Shown here one piece after another: positions 30,297 through 39,302 of a stretch of DNA of 64,000 nucleotides. The first letter of the stretch is position 1. Every line of letters starts with the position of its first letter. Location: assembly GCA_046757025.1 (NCBI GenBank), contig JBHHXN010000007.1, forward strand, positions 1-64,000, read 5' to 3'. The DNA is from a bacterium (GTDB lineage: Bacteria; Zhuqueibacterota; Zhuqueibacteria; Oceanimicrobiales; Oceanimicrobiaceae). The notes under the pieces are model-generated. The model was not told where the DNA came from, ran no database searches, and saw only the letters and a list, made by a program, of their open reading frames with translations. The position numbers were made by a program, and so were the translations under genes.

Positions 30297-30355
30297 TTAT
30301 TTCCTCTTATAATTTAAATTCTTAACTAAATTCGTTTGTAAATTTATTACTTCAA

Positions 30356-31216
30356 TTACGTCCGCAGCGCTTCGGCGCCGCCCACGATTTCCGAGATTTC
30401 CTCGGTGATGGCAGCCTGACGAACTTTGTTGTAATACAACGTGAGATCGTAGATCATTTCTTCGGCGTTTTCCGTGGCGGATTCCATAGCTACCATTCTG
30501 GCGCCCTGCTCTGAAGCATACGATTCCAGCAAGATACGCCACATCTGCACATTCAAATGTTTGGGACAAAGCTCATTCAAAATATCCTGGATAGATGGCT
30601 CGTACAGATAATCCACCGGCTGATATTTTTCTACCTCCGGCATTTTCGCTTCAATGGGCAATAATTGATGCACCACCATTTTCTGCACGGCTGCAGACTT
30701 GAATTGATTGTAGATTACGTAAATCCGATCAAATTCGTCCGCTAAATACTTTTCCTGAATCAGAGCCGAAATGGTTTCCGCATTTTTGAATGCCAGCTCA
30801 TCGAAAATATTATCATATTTTTCAACTATCTCAAATCCCCGCCGGGCAAAATGCTCGGAGCTCTTCCGGCCCACCGTGATGAGATTATGGTCGCCATCGT
30901 GGCGTTCAATTTCGTTTTTTGCCGTGCGCAAAACGTTGGCGTTGAAACTGCCGCAGAGTCCTCTATCGGCCGCCACAACCACATAACAGATCTTTTTCGA
31001 ATCCCGTTCTGCCAGCAGGGGATGCTGGCTGCGGTCAACTTTCGCGGTCACATGCGCCAGCAATTCAGCCATACGCTCGGCGTAGGGCCGGGAGTGGATG
31101 AGTCGGTCCTGGGCTTTGCGCAGTTTTGCAGCCGAAACCATTTTCATAGCTTTGGTGATTTGCTGCGTGCTTTTAACGCTGCTGATTCGTCTTCTAATAT
31201 CGCGTAAAGTTGCCAA
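30356..31216 (-). CDS. atpG: ATP synthase F1 gamma subunit
   Basis: QITKAMKMVSAAK, DRGLCG, RQAAITEEI. Confidence 0.98.
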   Translation of the reverse strand: MATLRDIRRRISSVKSTQQITKAMKMVSAAKLRKAQDRLIHSRPYAERMAELLAHVTAKVDRSQHPLLAERDSKKICYVVVAADRGLCGSFNANVLRTAKNEIERHDGDHNLITVGRKSSEHFARRGFEIVEKYDNIFDELAFKNAETISALIQEKYLADEFDRIYVIYNQFKSAAVQKMVVHQLLPIEAKMPEVEKYQPVDYLYEPSIQDILNELCPKHLNVQMWRILLESYASEQGARMVAMESATENAEEMIYDLTLYYNKVRQAAITEEISEIVGGAEALRT

Positions 31217-32731
31217 TTATTTTTCCACCGTAAATATTTTCATAAATTCCTCACAAATGGACTGCATTTTTTGCCGCAATTCGTCATCGAGCTGCTTTTT
31301 ATCGGCGATAGCCTTCAACGTCTCAGCGTAATTCGAATCCAGGAATTGATAAAACTCACCCTCCAACCGGGCGATTTGATCCACAGGAATGTCATCCAGA
31401 AAGCCGTTGACTCCGAGAAAAATAATAGCGATTTGCTTTTCCACCCACAGGGGAACATACTGATCCTGTTTCAGGATTTCGACCATTCTCTGACCGCGGG
31501 TAATTTGAGCCAGAGTCGCCTTATCCAGATCCGAGCCAAATTTAGCAAACGCTTCCAACTCCCGGTACTGAGCCAAATCCAGCCGAAGCCGGCCCGCCAC
31601 CTGCTTCATGGCTTTGATTTGCGCATTGCCGCCCACCCGTGAAACCGAAAGTCCCACATTGATCGCCGGCCGCACGCCCGCATAAAACAGGTCGGACTCC
31701 AGGTAAATTTGACCATCTGTGATGGAAATGACGTTGGTTGGAATGTAAGCAGACACGTCACCTGCCTGCGTTTCGATGATCGGCAGGGCGGTCAAAGAGC
31801 CGCCGCCCAGCTCATCGTTCAACTTCGCCGCCCGTTCCAGCAACCTCGAATGGAGATAAAAAACGTCGCCGGGATAGGCTTCGCGCGCCGGTGGCCGCCG
31901 CAGCAGCAACGAAAGCTGTCGGTAAGCCCAGGCGTGTTTTGAAAGATCGTCGTAGATGGCCACCGCGTGTTTTCCGTTGTCGCGAAAGTGCTCGCCGATG
32001 GTGGCGCCGCTATAGGGAGCGATATATTGCAGCGGAGCCGGATCACTTGCAGATGCCGAAACCACCACGGTGTAATCCATGGCGCCGGCTTCTTCCAGCG
32101 TCTTAACCACTTTTGCCACACTGGAAGCCTTTTGACCGATGGCGACATAAATGCAAAAAACATCGGTGTCTTTCTGGTTGATGATGGTATCGATAGCTAC
32201 GGCTGTTTTGCCGGTTTGCCGGTCTCCGATTATCAACTCACGCTGGCCGCGGCCGATGGGAATCATGGAGTCGATGGCTTTCAAACCCGTTTGCAGCGGT
32301 TCTTTCACCGGCTGCCTTTGCACCACACCCAGGGCTTTTCTTTCGATGGGCAAATACTCGCTGGTTTTAATGGGCCCCTTGCCATCGATGGGCTGCCCCA
32401 GTGGATTGATGACCCTTCCCAGCATTTCTTCACCAATTGGGATTTGCATGATTTTGCCGGTTCTTTTAGCGGAATCCCCTTCTTTGACGTGGGTGTCATT
32501 TCCAAACAGTACACAACCGACGTTGTCTTCTTCGAGGTTTAAAGCCATGCCAAGTAACCCGCCGGTAAACTCGACTAACTCACTAGCCATGACTTTTTCA
32601 AGCCCGTAAACGCGAGCGATACCGTCTCCCACCTGCACCACTTCGCCCACTTCTTCCAGTTGAATGCTGGTTTCAAAACTCTCGATTTGCTTTTTGATTA
32701 TGGAAGTAATTTCTTCAGGACGAATTTCCAT
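31217..32731 (-). CDS. atpA: ATP synthase F1 alpha subunit
   Basis: [33 protein letters not shown]. Confidence 0.99.
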   Translation of the reverse strand: MEIRPEEITSIIKKQIESFETSIQLEEVGEVVQVGDGIARVYGLEKVMASELVEFTGGLLGMALNLEEDNVGCVLFGNDTHVKEGDSAKRTGKIMQIPIGEEMLGRVINPLGQPIDGKGPIKTSEYLPIERKALGVVQRQPVKEPLQTGLKAIDSMIPIGRGQRELIIGDRQTGKTAVAIDTIINQKDTDVFCIYVAIGQKASSVAKVVKTLEEAGAMDYTVVVSASASDPAPLQYIAPYSGATIGEHFRDNGKHAVAIYDDLSKHAWAYRQLSLLLRRPPAREAYPGDVFYLHSRLLERAAKLNDELGGGSLTALPIIETQAGDVSAYIPTNVISITDGQIYLESDLFYAGVRPAINVGLSVSRVGGNAQIKAMKQVAGRLRLDLAQYRELEAFAKFGSDLDKATLAQITRGQRMVEILKQDQYVPLWVEKQIAIIFLGVNGFLDDIPVDQIARLEGEFYQFLDSNYAETLKAIADKKQLDDELRQKMQSICEEFMKIFTVEK

Positions 32732-32761
32732 CCTATTTCAAATCTCCTCAATTAAAGGTTG

Positions 32762-32971
32762 TAGATTTCTGCAAAATGCAATTACGGAGGGGTGCTGCAA
32801 GCGAAAGAGACTGTGTGAAAATGTAACGCATGCATCTTGCTTGCGAGAATGGATTGCAAGAAAACAAAAGCGTAGCTTAAATTACAGACCCGCCTTAACA
32901 AGCCAGAGGCTTGTTTTACCATGTTTTCACACAGGCTCGAAAGGTTGAACACCCTATTTTGCAAAAATCTA
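32762..32971. mobile_element. MITE (outer), 16-bp TIRs, 8-bp TSD
   Basis: TAGATTTCTGCAAAAT (32762-32777) / ATTTTGCAAAAATCTA (32956-32971), 15/16; AAAGGTTG at 32754-32761 and 32972-32979. Confidence 0.75.
32807..32938. mobile_element. MITE (inner, nested), 15-bp TIRs, 4-bp TSD
   Basis: GAGACTGTGTGAAAA (32807-32821) / TTTTCACACAGGCTC (32924-32938), 14/15; GAAA at 32803-32806 and 32939-32942. Confidence 0.75.
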
Positions 32972-33074
32972 AAAGGTTGATTTACCAATAATGCTATTTG
33001 TCTTTCAAATAATACATTACTTAATTTCAGCGCAAATTGAAACGATGTCAGCCCTGCAGTACGTTCTCAATCTT

Positions 33075-33632
33075 TCAGTGCAAATTAGAATTCGACTTTG
33101 CGATCAATTTAGATTTAAGCCGATGTAGCTGACTCTGCAGACAACCATCGAAGACCTGTCCCTGAATGTTGACAATGATCCCCCCAAGAATGGACGGGTC
33201 GACTTGATTGCTGATCTGGACATCTGCCGAATAAGCATTATCCAAATGCGATTTTAAATTGCTGAACGATTTTGAATCCAGGGGCACGGCCGTAGTGGCT
33301 TTTGCGCGAATTTTCTTGTTGTGATCATCAAACATAATCCCGAATTGTTTGGCAATGGTCGAAAATAAGCTTTCCCGATTTTTCATCAATAGCAGCGAAA
33401 GAAAATTGAAAAAGACGTTTGACACCCGATCTTGCAGCATCTTATCCAGGGTTGTTTTCTTTTCTTTTTTACTCATTTCCTGAGAACTGAAAAACAACTG
33501 CAGTTCTTCGTTGGATTGCAAGTTTTTGTTCAAAAAGTCTATTTCGTGATAGATTTTATCCAGAAGGCCGCGCTCTTTTGCGATCTCAAATAAAGCCCGG
33601 GCATATCTTTTAGCTAAAACGTTTTCTTTCAA
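33075..33632 (-). CDS. atpH: ATP synthase F1 delta subunit
   Basis: [17 protein letters not shown]; operon position. Confidence 0.95.
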   Translation of the reverse strand: MKENVLAKRYARALFEIAKERGLLDKIYHEIDFLNKNLQSNEELQLFFSSQEMSKKEKKTTLDKMLQDRVSNVFFNFLSLLLMKNRESLFSTIAKQFGIMFDDHNKKIRAKATTAVPLDSKSFSNLKSHLDNAYSADVQISNQVDPSILGGIIVNIQGQVFDGCLQSQLHRLKSKLIAKSNSNLH

Positions 33633-34123
33633 TTTATCTCCGTCATTTTATCCAGTGAATCTTTGATGATATTTTTGTGATCGTCAACAGACAATGACTT
33701 ACCAATCAATTTAGATGCAATGGAAACAGACAATTCAGCCGCTTGTTGTTTAATGACCTCCACGGCTTTTTCCCGCTCGAGGGCAATCTCCTTTTTGGCC
33801 CGTTCAAGCATATTGGCAGCTTCTGCCTGGGCTTTTTGAAGTATTTCCTCTTTAGTGGTTTCAGCGGTTTTACGACTGGTGGCCAAAAGCTCCTGCGCTT
33901 CTTTTTTAGCTGATTCGATCAATTCCTGATTCTTAACCATAGTCTCTTCGCTCTCTTTTTGAGCGACATCAGCTTTTTCAAGCGCATCCTTTATTCTTTT
34001 CTCTCGATCTTCCAACGCCTGCAGAATGGGTCCCCAAGCCATTTTCCTGAGAATGAAAAGCAAAACAACAAAGGTTAAAATCGTCCAGAAAATCGTACCG
34101 GGTTCGGGATTCAATAAATTCAT
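33629..34123 (-). CDS. atpF: ATP synthase F0 b subunit
   Basis: N-terminal TM, AWGPI..LEDRE, long helix. Confidence 0.95.
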   Translation of the reverse strand: MNLLNPEPGTIFWTILTFVVLLFILRKMAWGPILQALEDREKRIKDALEKADVAQKESEETMVKNQELIESAKKEAQELLATSRKTAETTKEEILQKAQAEAANMLERAKKEIALEREKAVEVIKQQAAELSVSIASKLIGKSLSVDDHKNIIKDSLDKMTEIN

Positions 34124-34144
34124 TTTTACTTTACCTTATGTAAT

Positions 34145-34384
34145 TTAGGCGCCAGCCGTTTTGAGACTTAACAAGAAACAAATAACCAATGACAAGAGAG
34201 CGACACCTTCGATCATGGCTGCGGTAATAATCATCGCACCCCGAATGTCTCCAGCCGCTTCAGGCTGTCTGGCAATTCCTTCCATTGCCGCGCTTGCTAA
34301 TTTACTTACTCCATAAGCGCCACCGATTACGGACACGGCTGCTCCAAATCCTGCAGCTAAAAATGCCATTGCTAAATCTGTCAT
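34145..34384 (-). CDS. atpE: ATP synthase F0 c subunit (likely H+-type)
   Basis: ARQPEA loop, IEGVALL; lacks the Q/ES(T) Na+ signature. Confidence 0.96.
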   Translation of the reverse strand: MTDLAMAFLAAGFGAAVSVIGGAYGVSKLASAAMEGIARQPEAAGDIRGAMIITAAMIEGVALLSLVICFLLSLKTAGA

Positions 34385-34419
34385 GAAACCTCCTAATTAG
34401 GTTAAATTAATAATTACGA

Positions 34420-35235
34420 TTAATGCTCCTGATGTATTGCCATACCAATGAATACGGACGATAAAATTGTGAAAATATACGCTTGAATTAAAGCGATCAA
34501 TATTTCAAGCAAACTGACAAATAAAATTCCTCCGAGCGTTGCAAAGCCTACAAACCAGTTTTTAAAGGTAAAAACAATCAACAACAAAGCAAATATAACC
34601 ACGTGACCGGCCACCATATTGGCAAACAGTCGAATGGCCAGAGCAAAATGCTTCGTAAACAAACTGATAAACTCCACGGGCACCATGATAAACAACAACG
34701 GAAACGGCAATCCCGGCGGAATTAAACCCTTGATATATCCGAACAATCCGTGATTTCGTACACCGGCGATTTGAACCATGCTAAACGTCAACAACGCCAG
34801 GGCAGCGGTTACGCTAATGTTGCCAGTGGCGGTGGCGGCCATAGGTACCAGTCCCATTAAATTGCTAATTAAAATGAAAAAGAAGGCGGTTAGAAGATAG
34901 GGAGCGTATTTGCGGCTGTGACTACCCAGGTACGGCCGCATGACTTCTTCTTCCAGATAGACCACCAGAAACTCAAAAAAGTTGGCCAATCCTTTGGGGA
35001 TCAGTTTCGGTTTACGAAACAAAATTGTCAGGGTCACGATCAACAAAGCCGATGTGATCCACAACATCACAATGTGTTTAGTGATGGAAAGATCAAAACC
35101 GAACAACTGGATTTTAAATATCACGTGATCCGTGATGTGGTGCATAATAAAATCCGCACCCAATGGTTCATGTTCCCCCGTTCCCTGGCTGCCATCAGCA
35201 ATCGATGCCAATATTCCTGTCAATGTTCTCATCAA
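34420..35235 (-). CDS. atpB: ATP synthase F0 a subunit
   Basis: ALAIRLFANMVAGH, IQAYIFTILS. Confidence 0.97.
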   Translation of the reverse strand: MMRTLTGILASIADGSQGTGEHEPLGADFIMHHITDHVIFKIQLFGFDLSITKHIVMLWITSALLIVTLTILFRKPKLIPKGLANFFEFLVVYLEEEVMRPYLGSHSRKYAPYLLTAFFFILISNLMGLVPMAATATGNISVTAALALLTFSMVQIAGVRNHGLFGYIKGLIPPGLPFPLLFIMVPVEFISLFTKHFALAIRLFANMVAGHVVIFALLLIVFTFKNWFVGFATLGGILFVSLLEILIALIQAYIFTILSSVFIGMAIHQEH

Positions 35236-35238
35236 TAT

Positions 35239-35628
35239 TTACACTGCCTTCCTGCCATTCAGCTGTTTTTGAATATATCTCACCTCGAAAACCTGTAACA
35301 TCAAATAAAAACACACCAGCGAAACGATAAAGCCCGTCAATGGGACGGGTAGAAATTTCCAGACAAAAAAAAGGGCGAGTACGAGAAAGACAAATCGAAT
35401 TCCCATACCGCCTAAGACCACCGTAAAAAAAGTTTTATTGGATTTATTGAAAGCCCATTTAATGGAATAAAATGCAAATATGATGTTGACCAAACTCACC
35501 AAATATCCGTAAAACACTCCCAGGGCTAACCGGGAATCCCCAAAATAATTTATGGGGATAAGTGAGATCACCAGCAACAGCGAGGTCACCCCACTTATTT
35601 GTAAAAGAAATTTTAAATTTTCATTCAC
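35239..35628 (-). CDS. atpI: ATP synthase subunit I-like membrane protein
   Basis: Four TM segments directly upstream of atpB. Confidence 0.75.
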   Translation of the reverse strand: MNENLKFLLQISGVTSLLLVISLIPINYFGDSRLALGVFYGYLVSLVNIIFAFYSIKWAFNKSNKTFFTVVLGGMGIRFVFLVLALFFVWKFLPVPLTGFIVSLVCFYLMLQVFEVRYIQKQLNGRKAV

Positions 35629-35866
35629 CCTTTCCAGCCTTTGTCGAATCGTCCTGATACACCGTTCGATATATACTCAGAAAACCGGAAGCCGCCCCCA
35701 GAAAAAGTCCGATGATTAGAAATAGTGGCATGGTATGCAATTTTGAATCGAGCCAGTATCCACCACCCACACCCAGCGAAATTGCAAGAGCAAATCGAAG
35801 TCCTAAATCGAGGTAGAGGGCCAATCCCTGGTGTCTATTGTGGGAATTCTGAGTGTTTTTTGTCAA
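35621..35866 (-). CDS. AtpZ/AtpI-family small membrane protein
   Basis: GYWLD...T.P.FLIIGLFLG motif. Confidence 0.8.
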   Translation of the reverse strand: MTKNTQNSHNRHQGLALYLDLGLRFALAISLGVGGGYWLDSKLHTMPLFLIIGLFLGAASGFLSIYRTVYQDDSTKAGKGE

Positions 35867-35867
35867 T

Positions 35868-36317
35868 TTATTTTGCTATATTAATTTCTTCCGATTCTCC
35901 CTTCTTGTCGAGAATTTCAGAAACGCTTTTCGTGTAACTCGGTCGCTTCTCCGGAACCGTTGCTTCCGCCATAGAACAATTTCCCTCAAAAATAGCGCCT
36001 TCGTCGATGACTAATTTAGAAGTTTTCAGGTCACCGTTAAATACCGAATTGGCTTCTAATACCACTTTGCCGGTCGCAGCCAATTTTCCCTTTAATTTTC
36101 CGCCGATTATGGCATTCCGTACTTTCACTTCACCGTCGATTGCTCCTTCTTTCCCCACTACCAATGAATCACTTGTTGTGACATTTCCTTTAACACTGCC
36201 ATCCACACGCAGGGTGCTTTGCACCTTCAATGTGCCCTCAAAAGACGAACCTTTGCCAATAATCGTATTAAGATTTCCACTCACGTTAAAATCGTCGCTT
36301 TTTTTATCACCAAACAT
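35868..36317 (-). CDS. Bactofilin (polymer-forming cytoskeletal protein)
   Basis: TIIGKGSSFEG, LRVDG, LVIDEGAIFEGNCSM. Confidence 0.92.
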   Translation of the reverse strand: MFGDKKSDDFNVSGNLNTIIGKGSSFEGTLKVQSTLRVDGSVKGNVTTSDSLVVGKEGAIDGEVKVRNAIIGGKLKGKLAATGKVVLEANSVFNGDLKTSKLVIDEGAIFEGNCSMAEATVPEKRPSYTKSVSEILDKKGESEEINIAK

Positions 36318-36347
36318 GTTAAGCCTCTATTTCTTAAATCTTGTGCA

Positions 36348-37235
36348 TCAATTTGTGGTTTCGGGGTTATTAAATGCCAGAATAAATTGTTTCGGATCGA
36401 CCGGGGTACCATTCTTCCAGATTTCAAAATGCAAATGGGGTCCCGAGCTTTTCCCGCTACTGCCCAGCAAAGCAATAGGCTGGCCTTTTTTCACTTGTTG
36501 TTTTTCAGATACCAAAATTCTTTGAGTATGACCATAATAGGATAATAAATCTCCCCCATGCTCGATGATGATCAAATTCCCCAAATCCGACGACCAATCT
36601 GCAAAAATTATCACGCCGGCGCCGGCAGCTCGAATCAAAGTGCCTTTCTTAGCTACGATGTCCACGCCCGAATGTGATTTGGGAACAAGCCGGCCTTCAT
36701 CCTGAAAATCCATGGTTAGAAAACCTTTTACCGGCAGCAAGGTCGGAACGTTCTCAGCATAATCAAGTACTGTACTGCGTTTCGGCGTGACCAGGTAGCG
36801 TTGTTTAATTGTAGTCAAATCGTTTCCTTTGTTGGGGCGCGGAGACATCGCCGGCACGATGCTGTCATAAATAATATTCGAATCCCGGTTCTCAATCGAA
36901 TGATTTGGCTCGGGAATCAATTCCGGATTCACACCCAGTAAACTGCGTACCTTTTTGTACGCGTTTTCCAATGCTTCAAATTCTCTTTCTAATGCTTTGG
37001 TCCTTTCAGTATATTCCCTTAATTGCATGTTCTCAAAAATGGTCTGTTTATTATTCGCCAATAAACTTGCATACTTCCAGTAAAAAATCGCGCCAACAAT
37101 AATGTGTAAGATCAACAAAGCTCCGAGCACATACAGTGACTTCACCACCCACGTCTTCAATCGAAAACTGTAAGGCTCGGCGTTGTCTTCCGGAACGATG
37201 AGTATGGAGATTTTATTTGCACGCCTTTTCTGCAT
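36348..37235 (-). CDS. M23-family metallopeptidase
   Basis: TM anchor, coiled coil, HSGVD, YGH, SSGPHLHFEI. Confidence 0.93.
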   Translation of the reverse strand: MQKRRANKISILIVPEDNAEPYSFRLKTWVVKSLYVLGALLILHIIVGAIFYWKYASLLANNKQTIFENMQLREYTERTKALEREFEALENAYKKVRSLLGVNPELIPEPNHSIENRDSNIIYDSIVPAMSPRPNKGNDLTTIKQRYLVTPKRSTVLDYAENVPTLLPVKGFLTMDFQDEGRLVPKSHSGVDIVAKKGTLIRAAGAGVIIFADWSSDLGNLIIIEHGGDLLSYYGHTQRILVSEKQQVKKGQPIALLGSSGKSSGPHLHFEIWKNGTPVDPKQFILAFNNPETTN

Positions 37236-37306
37236 GAACTAAGCAATCTAAATTTAATCTTTTCTTATTATATCCATAAACCGCCATTTTGGAGAAAATG
37301 GGTCAA

Positions 37307-37335
37307 AATTTATAGAATATTTCTTAAAAAATCAA
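37307..37335 (-). promoter_or_regulatory. Putative sigma70 promoter for M23-bactofilin(-atp)
   Basis: TTGATT-17 bp-TAAATT. Confidence 0.45.
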
Positions 37336-37367
37336 GCTCTTTCCCAAAGTTACAATTACTTAAAGTA

Positions 37368-37494
37368 TGAATGACCAGTTGAAAATCTGTTTTAATGGAT
37401 AATAATAAGTTTTCATGGTTCGACTACTCTCACCATGAAAAAATGCGCTTCTGCCTGAACGGTGTCGAAGGCTCTTTTTTCAACGGGTCATTCA
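37368..37494. mobile_element. MITE-like element with internal REP hairpins
   Basis: TGAATGACCAGTTGAAAA / TTTTCAACGGGTCATTCA (17/18); internal TTCATGGT..ACCATGAA hairpin; no clear TSD. Confidence 0.6.
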
Positions 37495-37559
37495 CATATC
37501 AAAATAAACCATTCCCCGAGTGTGAACTCGGTAGAGTGTTGCCCTTTTCCCTCTTTCTT

Positions 37560-38423
37560 TTATTGCTTCTCTATCAATTCAATGATTCTTTCCATGTCGT
37601 CATTTGAATAGTATTCAATTTCGATCCTTCCGCTTTCACCGCGCGAGTTAGCAACGATGCGTACTTTAGTGGCTAAAACTTCTCTCAATCGTTCTTCGGT
37701 TTCCTTGTAGAATGGATGTTCTTCTTTTTGAACTTTGGCCGGCTTGGGTGCAGGCTGGTCCTTCTTTTTGACTAGATTTTCTACCTGCCGTACCGAGTAC
37801 TTATTTTTTACGGTTTTTTTCCAGAGGGCTATTTGCTCGGATTTATTGGTCAAAGCTAAAAATGCTCTGGCATGACCTGCCGTAATATCGCCTTGTATCA
37901 AGCTTTCTTGAATGGGATTGGGCAACTTTAATATTCGCAAAGAATTTGTAATAGTCGAACGATCCTTGCCAACTTTTTTGGAAACCTCTTCCTGGGTCAG
38001 CTTGCATTTGGTGATGAGCGTCTGATAACCTTTCGCTTCATCGATGGGATTCAAATTCTCTCTTTGTAAGTTTTCGACGAGCGACAGCTCGATCATCTCC
38101 TCGTCGGAATGAACTTCCAAAATGTACGCAGGAATGGAATCTAAACCCAGATCGCGTACCGCCCGCAAACGACGCTCGCCGGCGATGAGCTGGTAGCCGG
38201 AATCCACGGCGCGCACGGTAATCGGTTGGATGATGCCGTTTTCCAGAATAGATTGTTTCAACTCTTCTAAAGCGGTCTCATCGAATGATTCGCGCGGTTG
38301 GAACGGGTTGGGGACAACTTTGGAGATTTCGATGTCTTTTAAACGCTGCTGCTGGAAATCATCTTCATTTGAAATGTCCGGTATGAGCGCACCTAATCCT
38401 TTGCCTAACCTTTTAACGGCCAT
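37560..38423 (-). CDS. parB: Chromosome partitioning protein ParB
   Basis: [41 protein letters not shown]. Confidence 0.96.
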   Translation of the reverse strand: MAVKRLGKGLGALIPDISNEDDFQQQRLKDIEISKVVPNPFQPRESFDETALEELKQSILENGIIQPITVRAVDSGYQLIAGERRLRAVRDLGLDSIPAYILEVHSDEEMIELSLVENLQRENLNPIDEAKGYQTLITKCKLTQEEVSKKVGKDRSTITNSLRILKLPNPIQESLIQGDITAGHARAFLALTNKSEQIALWKKTVKNKYSVRQVENLVKKKDQPAPKPAKVQKEEHPFYKETEERLREVLATKVRIVANSRGESGRIEIEYYSNDDMERIIELIEKQ

Positions 38424-39177
38424 TAACTAAAATTTCCTCAGCTAAGTTCATATAATTCTCTGAACCTTTTGAAATGGCGTCATACAAAATAATCGGTTTG
38501 CCATAGCTCGGCGCTTCACTCAAACGAACATTGCGATCGATAATGGTTTTGAAAACCTTGTTGTCGAAATATTTTTTCACGTCTTCAGCAACCTGACGGG
38601 ATAAATTCAGGCGGCTGTCGTACATGGTGAGGAGCACGCCTTCAATCACCAACCTTGAGTTCAGGTGCTTTTGTACAAGGCGAATGGTATTGAGTAGCTG
38701 ACCCAATCCCTCCAGTGCATAATATTCACACTGAATGGGAATGAGCACGGAACTGGCTGCCGTCAAGGCATTGATGGTCAACAACCCCAGCGAGGGTGGG
38801 CAATCAATAAAAATGTAATCGTACTCTTTTTTCAAATTTTGCAGGGCATTATTCAAAATGCGTTCTCTTGAAATGGTGTTGACCAGCTCAATTTCAGCGC
38901 CGGCCAACCTGACGTGCGATGGCAGCACATCTAAATATTCCAGGTTGCTGGAAGTAATGGCATGTTGAATATCCAAATTTTCAATGATGACTTCATAAAT
39001 ACTATTTTTCACTTTTTTAGGGTCAATGCCAATACCGCTGGTAGAATTCGCCTGGGGATCGATATCGATCAGAAGCGTGGGGTGCTCAGCCACCGCTAAA
39101 CACGCCGACAAATTTACCGCTGTTGTCGTTTTTCCAACTCCACCTTTTTGATTTGCAATGGAAATAATCTTGGCCAT
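38413..39177 (-). CDS. parA: Chromosome partitioning ATPase ParA/Soj
   Basis: [33 protein letters not shown]. Confidence 0.96.
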   Translation of the reverse strand: MAKIISIANQKGGVGKTTTAVNLSACLAVAEHPTLLIDIDPQANSTSGIGIDPKKVKNSIYEVIIENLDIQHAITSSNLEYLDVLPSHVRLAGAEIELVNTISRERILNNALQNLKKEYDYIFIDCPPSLGLLTINALTAASSVLIPIQCEYYALEGLGQLLNTIRLVQKHLNSRLVIEGVLLTMYDSRLNLSRQVAEDVKKYFDNKVFKTIIDRNVRLSEAPSYGKPIILYDAISKGSENYMNLAEEILVNGR

Positions 39178-39212
39178 GGATGCTCCGCAATCCAGATAGT
39201 TAAATTTTTACG

Positions 39213-39241
39213 AATATAAGATTTTAACTTGCTAAAATCAA
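39213..39241 (-). promoter_or_regulatory. Putative sigma70 promoter of parAB with internal inverted repeat
   Basis: TTGATT-17 bp-TATATT; GATTTTA/TAAAATC IR at 39220-39239. Confidence 0.5.
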
Positions 39242-39302
39242 GTTAAAATTTGGGGGTACATTTGTGAGTAAATTCAAACCTCCGGTTTGAATTCAGTAAT
39301 GT

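Noticed and set aside
32782..32988. Short ORFs in the atpH-atpA gap
   Set aside because: Explained by nested MITEs; no protein motifs
37395..37607. 70-aa plus-strand ORF downstream of parB
   Set aside because: Lies largely in a MITE-like element and overlaps the parB 3' end antisense
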